Part shown: positions 29,882 to 40,600 of the stretch, in pieces
Layout: each line of letters starts with the position of its first letter
Position numbering within the stretch: the stretch's first letter is position 1
Assembly: GCA_041748215.1 (NCBI GenBank)
Contig: JBGTDR010000212.1
Span: forward strand, 1 to 50,011
Length of the DNA stretch: 50,011 bases
From: Chthoniobacterales bacterium
Lineage (GTDB): Bacteria > Verrucomicrobiota > Verrucomicrobiia > Chthoniobacterales > JAATET01
Direction: 5' to 3'
Position numbers and translations under genes: made by a program
The notes under the pieces: model-generated
What the model was told of the DNA's origin: nothing
Databases searched by the model: none
What the model saw: only the letters and a program-made list of their open reading frames with translations

Positions 29882-32800
29882 TTATGCACCCCAGAGTTTG
29901 GTCTCCGACATCGAGGCCAGTTGTTGCACAGTCGGGCCTTTGAGAAACTCCATGGCTGAGAAGCTTATGCCCAGCCGTTCCTTAATGCCGAGCCCTAGTT
30001 CGAGCACCAACAGCGAGTCAACGCCCATCTCGTTAAGCTTGCGGTTCATCGGAACATTTTCGGCGGACATTTTCAAAATTTCGGCCAGCACTTCTTGCAA
30101 AAGCAATTGAAGGGCCACAAGTCGCTGCTCTTTGGAAAGATTTGCAAGTTCGGCCCGAATCGCCGAGGCCGGGTTTTCACGACCCTCGTCCAAAATTCGC
30201 TGGTTTTTGAACCTCGGATCCGTAGCGAGCCGCGGGTTCACGTCGTTCCATTGAGCCCAATCCACCTTAAAGACACCGACTTGGGGAACCGGCAGGCGCA
30301 GGACAACCTCGAGGGCGGCGAGGGCCTCGCGATTTGTCAGGCCGGTCACTCCGCCGGAGGCCAGGACACTTCCGAGGCGTTCGTCGCGGGCGACGACTCC
30401 CGTTTCCGCGAGCGCTCCCCAATTCACGGAAGTGGCCGGTAGTCCGCGTTTCCGCAAGGCGTGAGCAAGACCATCGAACACCCCATTGGCGGCCACGTAA
30501 CTGGCCTGACCCCGGTTGCCGATGAGCGACGAGATCGACGAAAAAAGAAGGAAAAAATCGAGGTCCGGTTTGTCCGCAACGGCCGCCGCCAGGTGGAGGG
30601 CTCCAGCGACTTTTGGGGCAAAGACCCGCCGAAAGCTCGTTTCGTTGACCGCCTCGATCATCGCGTCATCGAGGACCATCGCGGCGTGAAGAATCCCGCG
30701 CAGCCGGTACGCTCCGGCATCCGCTTCGGTGACCAACGCCCGGACCTGCTCCTCGTTGGTCACGTCCACTGAGATCGCTTCGACATCAACACCGCGCGCG
30801 GCGATGCGTTCCAGAGCCTCGTTGACGCCTGGAGCATTCCGCCCGGAGCGGCTTGCGAGCAGAATGCGGCCGGCACCATGGCTCGCAAGCCAAAGCGCAC
30901 TCATCAGGCCAAATCCCGACGTACCTCCCGTAACGATGTAACAGCCGTCTGCTGCGACGACCGGATCAACTTCGGGTTTGTCGAAAACGGAAACCTCGCC
31001 GTGCGAAAGATCGACGAGCAATTTGCCAATCTGTTTGCTGCGTGCCATCACGCTGAACGCTTCGTGAAATTCGGGCGCGGAAAATGTCTGGGTTGGCCCA
31101 AGGGTGAATTCGCCATGGGCGAATCCGTCGAAGATCCTCGCCAGCAATTTTTCGACCACGTCGGGACGCTGGTTGGTGAGCTGATCGACGTCCACGGACG
31201 CAAAGATCAGGTTCCGGTTGAATGCCGCCAACGGCAGGCCGTTATCTTCCGCGATATCCTTTTTGCCAACTTCGATGTAACGCCCACCCGCTCGCAGCAG
31301 ATTGAGGCTCACGTGCATGGCCTGTCCGGTCTGGGCACTGATGACGACATCGATTCCTTCGTGCGCCGTGTCTTCGCGAATGCCCTGGCCGAAATCGAGA
31401 TCCCGCGAAGAATAGACGTGATCGATTCCGAGGCTGCGGAGGTAATCCTGTTTTTCGCTCGATCCGGCAGTCGCGAAAATCTCGGCTCCGACCGATTTGG
31501 CGACATCGATTGCCGCCAGTCCGAGCCCACCGGTCCCGTGGTGAATCAAAACGCGCTCGCCTTGTTTCAGGCCGGCGATGTCAATGAGGCCGCGGAATGC
31601 CGCCATGTAAACGATGGGAATGGCGGCCGCTTCCATCCCGAGACTCTCCGGAATTTTGGAAGCAAATCTTTCCGGGATCGTGACGTAAGTCCGATAGCCG
31701 CGTTTGAGAGGTGCGGCCACCCGGTCACCAGGCTGAAAGCGACTGCCATCAGCACAACGCACCACGACCCCCGCGCATTCCATTCCCAACTCCGGGCCGC
31801 AGTAGGTGTTTTCGAGAGCGATCGGATGGAGTCGTCCGTAAATTTTGAGGAGATCTTTATAATTGAGGGCGGCGCTGTGAACGCGCACTTCGATTTCTCC
31901 AGTTCCAGGATCGGTCCTCGCAGCCGGTTCAAAACGCAGCGACTCGAGTTTTCCTTTCGTTCCAAGACGAAGCTCGAGGGGCGTTTCGAGCGACACAGTC
32001 GTGACAGTTTCAGCCGCGGTCTCCGGTGCGGTCGCCTCCAGCACGCATTCGAAACGCCGGATTCCGCGCAACGCGATTTCGCCACGCGATTCCGCGGCGA
32101 TCTCGAGCAGAATTTGATCGAGGTGAGTGTCGGCGGTCGCCGCCGGGAGATCGATCGAACGCACAAACAAAGATTCGCATTCGTTCTGGGCCACCAGGCC
32201 AATGGCGCCGGCGGAAAAACACGCATCGAGCGAAATCTCGTCCTCCGGCAAAACCGCTTTTGCAGATTTCGAGACAATCGTGACGTCGGAGCGTCCGGAA
32301 CGCCCGGCCGCGAGCGCCTGGAAAAAACCAATCAGTCGTTCGTTGCTGAATTGAAGCGACTCGTAGCCGGTCACCTCCCCGGGAAGCGTTGGGCATTCCA
32401 GGATGATGATGTCGCGACGCGAAATCTCCTCAGTCGTCAATCGTTCGATCCACGACTTGGTTCCCATCCCGGACGAAGCGTGATCCCACGATACGACCGC
32501 GGCACCCGGGATCTTTTCTTCGAGTCGTGTGAGAATTGAGCTTTGTGGATTCGTTACAATCAGCACCCGGCTGTCATCGACTGCCCCGGTGGCATTCAAC
32601 GACGATTCGTTCCAGTCGAGCTGGTAAAAGATGCCCGGTTGGTTCTGGCGCGATTCCGTTTCGATGAGCTGGCAGGAAATCCGGCGAGCGTGCGCAAAAA
32701 TGCGCCCCTCGGAATCGAGCAACCAGACGTCTGCAACGATCAGTGTTTCCGTCTGGAGAACGACGCGGCCGAAGGCGTAAAGCTCGGCCGAGTCCGGTCG

Positions 32801-35800
32801 TCCAAAATATTGAAGTTGTTCGATGGAAAACGGAACGAAGAGCTGGTCTCCCTCGGCGCAATAAAGCACGGGCTGCAAGGCGGCATCCATGAGCGTGGGA
32901 TGCAAGGCGTGATCCGACGCATCGAGAACGCTCGTGCCGTCGATTTCTGCGAGAAAACATTTTTGCCCGACCGTGAGTTTCTGGATCGGACGGAAAGTTG
33001 GGCCGTAGCGCAAACTCCGGGTGGCAAGGCGCTCGTACAATGCGTCGATTTCCACATCGGTGGCGCACTCAGATTTCAGCGACGCAAGATCGAGTCGGGC
33101 AACGGGAGGTTGAGTCTGCGGATTGACGCGTCCACGGCAGTGGCGCAGCCGACCCGTCTCGTCACCTTCGATGCGGCTGGAAATGGTGAAGCGGCTCTCG
33201 TCGTCACTCAATTCGGTGACGAGGTATTGAAGCTTCGTGTCATCGACGATGAGCACTTTTTCGAAGCTCACGTTTTCGAGGACGACCGCGGTTTTTTCAT
33301 GAATCCGTGCGCTCAGCGCGATGGCGGCTTCGACGTAGCCCATGCCCGCGAAGACGGTTTGATCCTGCACGCCATGATCGAAAAGAAACGGGAAGTACGC
33401 CCGGTTGATCTCGACTTCCCAGCATGGATTGGGGCTGGGCACGGAGCGATTGAGATAGACCGGACCCGGCAGGCCGAGACGGTCCATTTGGGAAGTCTCC
33501 GATTCGAGCCAGTGTTTTCGTTTCTGCCAGGGATATTGCGGACCGCGGAGAAATTGGCCGCGGTCCGGGGCGAGCGCGGTCCAGTCGAGCGTGTGACCTG
33601 CGCAATACAGTTCGCCGAGCGTGAGCATCAGTCGGGGCAGTTCGGGTTCGGCGCGGCGCAGCGAAACGAACGAAACGGCTTTCCGTTCGAGGTGGGCGGC
33701 GCATTCCTTGATCGAATTTCCCAGCACCGGGTGCGGACCCACTTCCAGCATCGTGGCGAATCCGTCGTCGAACAGAGCCTGGACGGCATCGGCGAATCGC
33801 ACGGGCTGCCGCACGTTGTGCCACCAATAATCGGCTCCCCAATCGCTGGCCGGTACGATGCGGCCATGCGCCGTGGAATAGAGCGGCATCGTGGGTTCTT
33901 TCGGAGCGAGTCCGGCCAGTGCCGCGAGCAGTTCGTCGCGAATCGGGTCCATCTGCGGGCTGTGGTACGCGACCTCGACGCGCAGGAATTTACTAAAAAT
34001 GTCGCGCTCCGTGAGCTCCGCGGCGATTTCCTCGAGCTGCGCTTTGTCGCCGGACAGCGTGACGGCCTCAAAGCTGTTGATCGCTCCAATCGAAACACCG
34101 GTGCGGTTGCCGATGGCGACGAGAGCGTCGGATTCAGCGAGGCCGACGGCGAGCATCGCGCCGAGCCCCGCGGTCGTTTGCTGGAGACGGCTCCGGTGAT
34201 AACTCACGGTGACCGCCTCCTCGAGCGTGTAAACACCCGCGACGTAAGCCGAGGCAACCTCCCCAACACTGTGTCCGATCACGGCCGAAGGGCGGATGCC
34301 GTGCGCTGCCCACCAGCGGGTCAGCGCGACCTGCAGCGCAAAATTTGCGGGCTGCGCAACTTCGGTGCACGCCATGCGCGAGGACGTTTCGTCCGCGAGC
34401 ATGGCATCCTTGAGCGACCATCCCGCGAGGCGGGTGAAGATCATGTCGATCTCGTCGATCGTGGCGGCGATGATCGGCTGGGTCCGGATGAGTTCGTGCC
34501 CCATCGCCCACCATTGCGGTCCCATTCCGGTGTAAATGAAAGCGAGTTCCGCGGCCTTGTCGGCGGGTTCCGTCGAGATCGCGACCGTGGCGTGTGGTTG
34601 TCCGGTCGAGGTAGCGATAAGCTGGTCGCGGAGTTCGTCGGGTGTGGCGGCCACGGCGGCGCAGCGCCATTCGAGGTGGCTGCGCCGATGCGCCGTCGTG
34701 TGGGCAAGGTCGGCGAACGTGCCAGGCAGCGGCTGGCCGAGTTGAAAAGCGTATTTCGCCGCGAGGTCGCGGAGCGCTTCTTCGCTGCGGGCCGAAAGCG
34801 TGATGAGCCGCGGGCGGCCGGGTTCGTCTGGTGCCGGGACGGCGACCCTGGCGGGAGCGGACTCGAGAATGACGTGGGCATTGGTGCCGCCGTAACCGAA
34901 AGAATTCACTCCGATGGTGAGCGTGGATTTTTCTGTGGCGTTCGGCAGCTTCGTCGTCTCGACCGGCACCTTCAGGCAATAATCGTCGAACGGGATCTTC
35001 GGGTTCGGTTTTTTGAAATGCAGGTTTTTCGGTACCTCGCGGGCCTGGAGTGCGCCGATGCCCTTGAGCATGCCGGCCACTCCGGCCGCCGCTTCGAGAT
35101 GACCAACGTTTGTCTTCACCGAGCCAACGACAAGTTTCCGCCCGGGATCGCGCCCCTTCGAAAAATTCACGTGCAGCGCCCGGGCCTCGGCGGGATCGCC
35201 CGCTTGCGTGCCGGTGCCATGAGCCTCGACGTAATCCACCTCGCCCGGAACCAGGTCGGAACGGCGGTAGACGTCGCGCACGAGTTCCTCCTGCGCCACG
35301 GTATTCGGCAGTGAAATGCCGTCGGTGTGGCCATCCTGATTGACGCCCGAGCCGGCAATCACGGCGTGAATCGGGTCACCGTCTGCAAGCGCGCGCACGA
35401 GCGGTTTGATCAAAAAAACTCCCGCGCCCTCGCCGCGTGCGTAGCCCGCCGCGGTTTCGTCGAACGTGTGGCACTCGCCGTGGGGGGACAGGAAGTGTCC
35501 CTTGCTCATCATGATCGGATTGTCCGGCAGCGACATCACGTTCACCCCGCCGGCGATGGCCATTTCCGATTCGCCCGAGCGCAGGCTCTGGCAAGCGCAG
35601 TGGATCGCCACGAGTGATGAGGAACACGCCGTGTCGAGGGTGAAACTCGGGCCGCGTAAATTGAAAACGTGGGAGATGCGGTTCGACAGCACCGTCATCG
35701 TCGCGCCGCCGGGCGAATGCGCGTTCAGCAAATACCGGTTCGCGGGCCGCATCTGGAGGATGAGGTGATCCAGACAAAATCCGCCGATGAAGACCCCGGT

Positions 35801-36178
35801 TGCGGAACCCGAGACGCGCTCGAGCGGCATCCCCGCATCTTCGAATGCCTCCCACGTCACCTCGAGCAACAGGCGCTGCTGCGGATCGATGCAGTTTGCC
35901 TCACGCGGTGAAATCCCGAAGGCGAGAGGATCGAAAAGCTGGATGTCAGCGTCGAGGAAGGCGGCCTTCGGCGCGTAGCTTTTTCCGGGCCGTTTGGGGT
36001 CTGCGTCGAAAAATTGGCGCACGTCCCACCGGTCGGGTTTTACGGAACGCAGCGCGTTGCCACCGCGGAGCAGAAATTTCCAGAATGCCGGGAGCGAATT
36101 TGCGTTCGGTGGCATCCGGCAACCCAGGCCGATGATCGCAAATTTATCTTCCCCGCCAGCCGTTGTGCCCATGTTCAC
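29882..36178 (-). CDS. Type I polyketide synthase, single fully reducing module KS-AT-DH-ER-KR-ACP (no TE)
   Basis: KS: DTACSSSLVA, EAHGTGTQAGDP, NVGHLEAAAG. AT: GHSVGEVASAY. DH: HALHPTLMDAALQ. ER: LIHHGTGGLGLAAIDVAK. KR: VTGGTSGFGLMSALWLASHGAGRILLASRSG. ACP: MGVDSLLVLEL. 2098 aa. Confidence 0.9.
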   Translation of the reverse strand: MNMGTTAGGEDKFAIIGLGCRMPPNANSLPAFWKFLLRGGNALRSVKPDRWDVRQFFDADPKRPGKSYAPKAAFLDADIQLFDPLAFGISPREANCIDPQQRLLLEVTWEAFEDAGMPLERVSGSATGVFIGGFCLDHLILQMRPANRYLLNAHSPGGATMTVLSNRISHVFNLRGPSFTLDTACSSSLVAIHCACQSLRSGESEMAIAGGVNVMSLPDNPIMMSKGHFLSPHGECHTFDETAAGYARGEGAGVFLIKPLVRALADGDPIHAVIAGSGVNQDGHTDGISLPNTVAQEELVRDVYRRSDLVPGEVDYVEAHGTGTQAGDPAEARALHVNFSKGRDPGRKLVVGSVKTNVGHLEAAAGVAGMLKGIGALQAREVPKNLHFKKPNPKIPFDDYCLKVPVETTKLPNATEKSTLTIGVNSFGYGGTNAHVILESAPARVAVPAPDEPGRPRLITLSARSEEALRDLAAKYAFQLGQPLPGTFADLAHTTAHRRSHLEWRCAAVAATPDELRDQLIATSTGQPHATVAISTEPADKAAELAFIYTGMGPQWWAMGHELIRTQPIIAATIDEIDMIFTRLAGWSLKDAMLADETSSRMACTEVAQPANFALQVALTRWWAAHGIRPSAVIGHSVGEVASAYVAGVYTLEEAVTVSYHRSRLQQTTAGLGAMLAVGLAESDALVAIGNRTGVSIGAINSFEAVTLSGDKAQLEEIAAELTERDIFSKFLRVEVAYHSPQMDPIRDELLAALAGLAPKEPTMPLYSTAHGRIVPASDWGADYWWHNVRQPVRFADAVQALFDDGFATMLEVGPHPVLGNSIKECAAHLERKAVSFVSLRRAEPELPRLMLTLGELYCAGHTLDWTALAPDRGQFLRGPQYPWQKRKHWLESETSQMDRLGLPGPVYLNRSVPSPNPCWEVEINRAYFPFLFDHGVQDQTVFAGMGYVEAAIALSARIHEKTAVVLENVSFEKVLIVDDTKLQYLVTELSDDESRFTISSRIEGDETGRLRHCRGRVNPQTQPPVARLDLASLKSECATDVEIDALYERLATRSLRYGPTFRPIQKLTVGQKCFLAEIDGTSVLDASDHALHPTLMDAALQPVLYCAEGDQLFVPFSIEQLQYFGRPDSAELYAFGRVVLQTETLIVADVWLLDSEGRIFAHARRISCQLIETESRQNQPGIFYQLDWNESSLNATGAVDDSRVLIVTNPQSSILTRLEEKIPGAAVVSWDHASSGMGTKSWIERLTTEEISRRDIIILECPTLPGEVTGYESLQFSNERLIGFFQALAAGRSGRSDVTIVSKSAKAVLPEDEISLDACFSAGAIGLVAQNECESLFVRSIDLPAATADTHLDQILLEIAAESRGEIALRGIRRFECVLEATAPETAAETVTTVSLETPLELRLGTKGKLESLRFEPAARTDPGTGEIEVRVHSAALNYKDLLKIYGRLHPIALENTYCGPELGMECAGVVVRCADGSRFQPGDRVAAPLKRGYRTYVTIPERFASKIPESLGMEAAAIPIVYMAAFRGLIDIAGLKQGERVLIHHGTGGLGLAAIDVAKSVGAEIFATAGSSEKQDYLRSLGIDHVYSSRDLDFGQGIREDTAHEGIDVVISAQTGQAMHVSLNLLRAGGRYIEVGKKDIAEDNGLPLAAFNRNLIFASVDVDQLTNQRPDVVEKLLARIFDGFAHGEFTLGPTQTFSAPEFHEAFSVMARSKQIGKLLVDLSHGEVSVFDKPEVDPVVAADGCYIVTGGTSGFGLMSALWLASHGAGRILLASRSGRNAPGVNEALERIAARGVDVEAISVDVTNEEQVRALVTEADAGAYRLRGILHAAMVLDDAMIEAVNETSFRRVFAPKVAGALHLAAAVADKPDLDFFLLFSSISSLIGNRGQASYVAANGVFDGLAHALRKRGLPATSVNWGALAETGVVARDERLGSVLASGGVTGLTNREALAALEVVLRLPVPQVGVFKVDWAQWNDVNPRLATDPRFKNQRILDEGRENPASAIRAELANLSKEQRLVALQLLLQEVLAEILKMSAENVPMNRKLNEMGVDSLLVLELGLGIKERLGISFSAMEFLKGPTVQQLASMSETKLWGA

Positions 36179-36393
36179 TCACTCCGATTCGTTCAATGTT
36201 GACCTAACCGTGGAGCCGCTATTTCCACGCAATCCGTCGCCGGACTTCGTGAAAGACAACCTGCTAACCCCGCACCGCAGTCGGAGATAGCGAACGGCAG
36301 CGCGACGGTCAAGGCCCTGCCACCGCGAGCGGCTGCAGCCTGGCAATTCAGCACGCCGCGAGGTCGCCGCTTGAGGCACGCTTTCGTTCAGCG

Positions 36394-37611
36394 TTACGGT
36401 TGGGCTCCGCGGCGGATCTGCGACCCTTTGAAGCGCAGACTCATCCGGTAGACTTTTTTGATGCGGCAGTCGATTTGGCCGGTCGTGAGGTCGAAGCGGT
36501 CGGGGATTTCGATCCGATGCACGTCCACGGCAGCGTGAAATCCGCGTTCGGAAAAAACGTCGATCAACATGGCGAGCGCGAGCGGGTCGTCGAAAAGCGG
36601 ATCCTCGGAATTGACGTTGGCCTGCCCGGAAATCGCGTGACGCACAACGATCGGCATCATGCGGTCTTCGATGAAGGCGACGACGCGCTGGAGGGTTGCA
36701 GAGTGTTCGATTTCGTAGCTGTCGAGCCGTCGCACGAGGTCCTGTCGGGCGTGAAGGACGATCTTGCTGGCGACCGGCAGGCGGCGGAGTCGGGCGAACG
36801 TCCGCGGGTCGAGCTCGAGCGAGCTTTGGTATTCCAGCTCGCGAACGATGTTTTCCTGCACCAGCTCGAGCGGGGCCTGGGCGTTGATGAAGTGGTAGTG
36901 GAAGATTTCCTTGAGCGAGACGAGGGCGTCGTAGGTCTTTTCCTTGAACACGCGGTAGCGGTTGCGGGCGAGGGCCTCGCTGAGATCGGTGGGGCGTTCC
37001 TCCCACGGTTCGCCGATGCCCGAGCGCCGCACTTCTTCATTGTGTGCGATCACCTCCCGGCCGCGTTTGAGCTGCCGGGCAATGCTTTCCGTCTCGTCCA
37101 CAAAAAGCACCATGATGTGGAAGATCGGCTGTTTGAAAAACATGGCCTCCGGCGAGTCGGAAAACTGCCGGTGCAGCGCGATCATTTCGTCGTAAAGCAT
37201 CTTGAGGCATTCGACCTGGACCTTCGTGCGTGGAAAGCCGTCGAGGATCGCGCCATTCTGCTGCTCGGGTTCGAGCAATTTGCGCAGGAGAATGCCGACG
37301 ACCTCACTGTCGCCCACCATGCCTCCCTGGGCCTTGAGCTGGCGGGCCTCCGGGCTGTCCAGGAGCTGGCTCACGACGATCGGCTCAGCCGTGATGTCGC
37401 GCAGCGCGCGTATGAAATCCGTGTTGGTGCCCTTGCCCGCGCCGGGCGCACCGCCGAGCAGGATCAATTCTTTCGGGAATCGCAGCCGTTCCCGGCCGAA
37501 CTCGCTTTCGAGCTCCTTCCACACACGGTTGAAGATGAGCTGCGCGTCCTTCACCTCGAGGTCGGCGGGTGCGGGTGGACGGACGATCGATTCGGAAGTC
37601 GGGCTGGCCAA
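36394..37611 (-). CDS. Fusion protein: N-terminal adenylate kinase-like NMP-kinase domain plus ~200-aa C-terminal domain of unknown function
   Basis: P-loop LILLGGAPGAGKGT and NMP-binding ILDGFPRT both match the adenylate kinase family. The LID region is short or absent. 405 aa. It lies 74 nt downstream of the EssC-like gene. Confidence 0.6.
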   Translation of the reverse strand: MASPTSESIVRPPAPADLEVKDAQLIFNRVWKELESEFGRERLRFPKELILLGGAPGAGKGTNTDFIRALRDITAEPIVVSQLLDSPEARQLKAQGGMVGDSEVVGILLRKLLEPEQQNGAILDGFPRTKVQVECLKMLYDEMIALHRQFSDSPEAMFFKQPIFHIMVLFVDETESIARQLKRGREVIAHNEEVRRSGIGEPWEERPTDLSEALARNRYRVFKEKTYDALVSLKEIFHYHFINAQAPLELVQENIVRELEYQSSLELDPRTFARLRRLPVASKIVLHARQDLVRRLDSYEIEHSATLQRVVAFIEDRMMPIVVRHAISGQANVNSEDPLFDDPLALAMLIDVFSERGFHAAVDVHRIEIPDRFDLTTGQIDCRIKKVYRMSLRFKGSQIRRGAQP

Positions 37612-37685
37612 GATGCGCGCAGGCTAGCGCCGCGGGATTCGCTCCGTCGAGGCGAACCTCCGGCGGTCTTGGCGTGACTCGATGC

Positions 37686-40600
37686 TCAACGTTTGGCCGC
37701 CGGAGCCGCCTGCCCGATCCACGCTGCGTCGGGCATGCCGTACGGCCGAAACGTTTCAAGGGTGCCGTCGTGTTCGTTGTAAAAAAGGGCGCGGTGCAGG
37801 CCGAGACCGCTGGCTTTGGGCGAATCGATCAAACTCGCGGAGTCGTTGGCGCTCATCTGGAAAATGACCCGCATTTCGAATTCACCGAGCGCTTTGCGGC
37901 TGAGGGATCGATTGACGTTGTTGAACGTGTCGACGGCCACGAGCAAATGAAGCCCGTGGCTGCTGCCTTCGTTGATCAATTCCCCGAAATGCGCTGCCGG
38001 GCTCGCCTCGGCACCCGGCTCACCGAAAGAAAAATCGAAGCTGTCTTCGCTGCGTAATTTTTTGAACCGCTGCAATCCGTGGATGAAAACAAATACCGCC
38101 GGTGCTTCGTGGACGAGCGCACCGTCTTCGCCCCGCGTGTGCAGCTCGGTGGCGAGATTTGCCATCACTCCGGGCAATTCGGACGCACCGGCAAAAACGA
38201 CGTCGTGTCCGGCGGCGTCGCGAATTGCCGCGAGGAAATCTGCTTCGACGGATCCCGGCGGATATTGGTGGAAAAAAACAAACTGCGCTGCGCCGGTCGA
38301 GTATTGCGCCGCGAGGGCAAGCAGTGCGAGCCCGAGCATCGTGAGAGTTGCGTCATCACGCTGACCCGCGATCAACAAATGATTCCCGCTCTGGCGATGG
38401 AAGATCGCTTCGGTCGGGCCTTTAATTGCGTTTGGCGCTCCCAGCCAGACGCGCGCTGCGGTGGGCTGACGCTCGGGTTCGGTGGCGAGAAGTTGGGCGA
38501 GGAGAGAATTGTCGCGCACATCGGCCGGCGCGTTTCCTTCGAACACGACGGGAGCCGCAAGCGGTTCGGTACGGCGTTCGGCAAGTGCGCGCACTTCGTC
38601 GAGGCGGGCGTCGCGTTCGTCGTCAGGCAGCCAGACGACCTGGAACGGGCTGTTGCCTTCGACCGCGCCGGCGGCGTCGTTGTAAATGCCCTCACCGGGT
38701 CGTGAGAGCAGGCGCGGCGCGGAATTGCTGTCGTCCATGATCAAATACGCGTCGGCTTCATTGCACTGGAGCGCGACACGAATGACCATTTGGCCAAGGG
38801 TTGCCCGCGCCAGCGTGAAGGCCCCGCCGAGCGTTTGTGATCCGAGCAGGACGTGAATCCCAAACGCGCGGCCCTGTCGCACGATCCGGTCGAGCAGCAC
38901 GGCCGCATTTTGCGCGATCGTGTCGTCCTCGACGAAAAATTCCTGAAATTCGTCGATGATCAGGAGCGAGCGGGGCATCGGCTCGGTGCCGCCGCCGCGC
39001 AAATACCCGGCGACATCCTGCGCGCCCGCCCGTCGGAAAAGATCACCACGCCGCCGCAGTTCTTCGTCGAGCCGCTGGAGCACGCTGAGGCCGAATTCCC
39101 GATCGCTCTCGATGGCGACCACGCGGGCGTGTGGCAGCCGTTTCTCGGCGTAACATTTAAACTCCACGCCCTTCTTAAAATCGATCAGGTAAAACTCGAC
39201 CTGCTCCGGGCTGCACCAGAGCGCAAGGTTCGTGATGATCACGTGAAAGAGCGTGGATTTTCCGGATCCGGTCTTGCCCGCAAACAGCGCGTGCTGGCGC
39301 GTGCCTTTGCCAATGGCGAGGTATTGCAGTTTTGTGGCTCCGGTGCGCCCGATGGCCACGCGCAGCTCGTTCGTCGTGATGCCGCTCCAGCATTCCCCGG
39401 GATCGGGAGCCACGCTGGCAAACGGGACCTGGACCCGGTTCGCATCGACGCTGGCGCTGCCGGTGCGTTGGACAAGTTCAAGAGCGAGCGCGGGAGTGGG
39501 TAGGGGCTGGAGCACGAGGCGCGTCCCGGGTATAAAGGACGGATCGTCCACGACGAGAGTCCCCGCTTCGCGGCGTAGAACCAGACTGCCCTTGCGCAAA
39601 TCCTCTTCCGCAAGCCCGTCCGGTAACGGCTGGCGACGGTCCCAATGGATCAGGGTGAAAACGCCGCAGCGCGGCCCGCTGGCGATGATGCTCGCCAGGC
39701 GCCGGGCGGCCGTTTCGCTGAAATGCGCCGGAAAGTCCGCGATCACGAGAAAGTGGTATTTCTCCGCCGTGCTGCCCGCGCGTTCGTTGTAGTCCGCGAT
39801 CGTTGCGTATTCGTTGCGCAAATACATCTGGATGATCTTTTCGATGTGCTCGTTCAGACCGGCGAGCCGCTCTTCGATTTGCTCGCGTTGCGTCCAGATC
39901 CGGCGGTTGATCAGGCTTTCCTCGTAGTCCGCGAGGTGCATGAGTCCGGCGAAATTTTGTCCGAGGCCGACGGGATCGATAATCGTGAAGCTCAGTTTCC
40001 CGGGTGGCGTGGTCGCGAGCAGGCGAAGAATGATCGCGTTGAGAGTGTCCGTCACGTCATGCGCGCCCGAGTCATTCGATTCGATCAAGAGCGAACCTTC
40101 GTCCGGATAACTCAGCGCGAGCGGTACCGAGATTTCTGCCGGACCGGGCAGCGCCAACCTGGGCGAGTCCTCGCGCTTAAGCGAAAATTCGAGACGCGCA
40201 AAAAATGTTGCCGGTGTGAAAAGAACGGGTGGCTGCCACGAGCCGACAAATTCCTCCGACCACGGTGGGAAGATTTCCGACGCCGATGTTTCGATTTCTG
40301 CGATGGCTCGATAGAGCGGCACGAGCTGTTTCCGCCAGTCTTCTTCGAGTGCCTGCCAGCGGAAATTCGCATCGGCCGCTAGCGTCGCGGTTGCCTCCTC
40401 CCGTGTGCGTTCAATTCCGATGCGGGCTGCATCCGCCCCCTGTCGGGTGAGCTCATCGCGAAGCTGAATTTCCGAGGCAATCCGATCAAGGCCCGCTTGA
40501 AGAATGGCGTCATTTCGAGCCGCTGCTCGCGGGACTTGAACCTCGAGTTTTTTTTCGGATGCGCGCCGAAAATCTTCCGAGACCGTGTCTGCGCGTGCGA

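Noticed and set aside
30878-35314. Long plus-strand ORFs (553 and 923 aa) antisense to the PKS
   Set aside because: They are low-complexity Arg/Gly/Asp-rich translations with no motifs. The PKS on the minus strand has complete catalytic motifs in every domain. These are typical GC-rich antisense artefacts.
36400-37677. 425-aa plus-strand ORF antisense to the adenylate-kinase fusion gene
   Set aside because: No motifs. The minus-strand frame contains the unmistakable GAPGAGKGT / DGFPRT adenylate kinase signatures.
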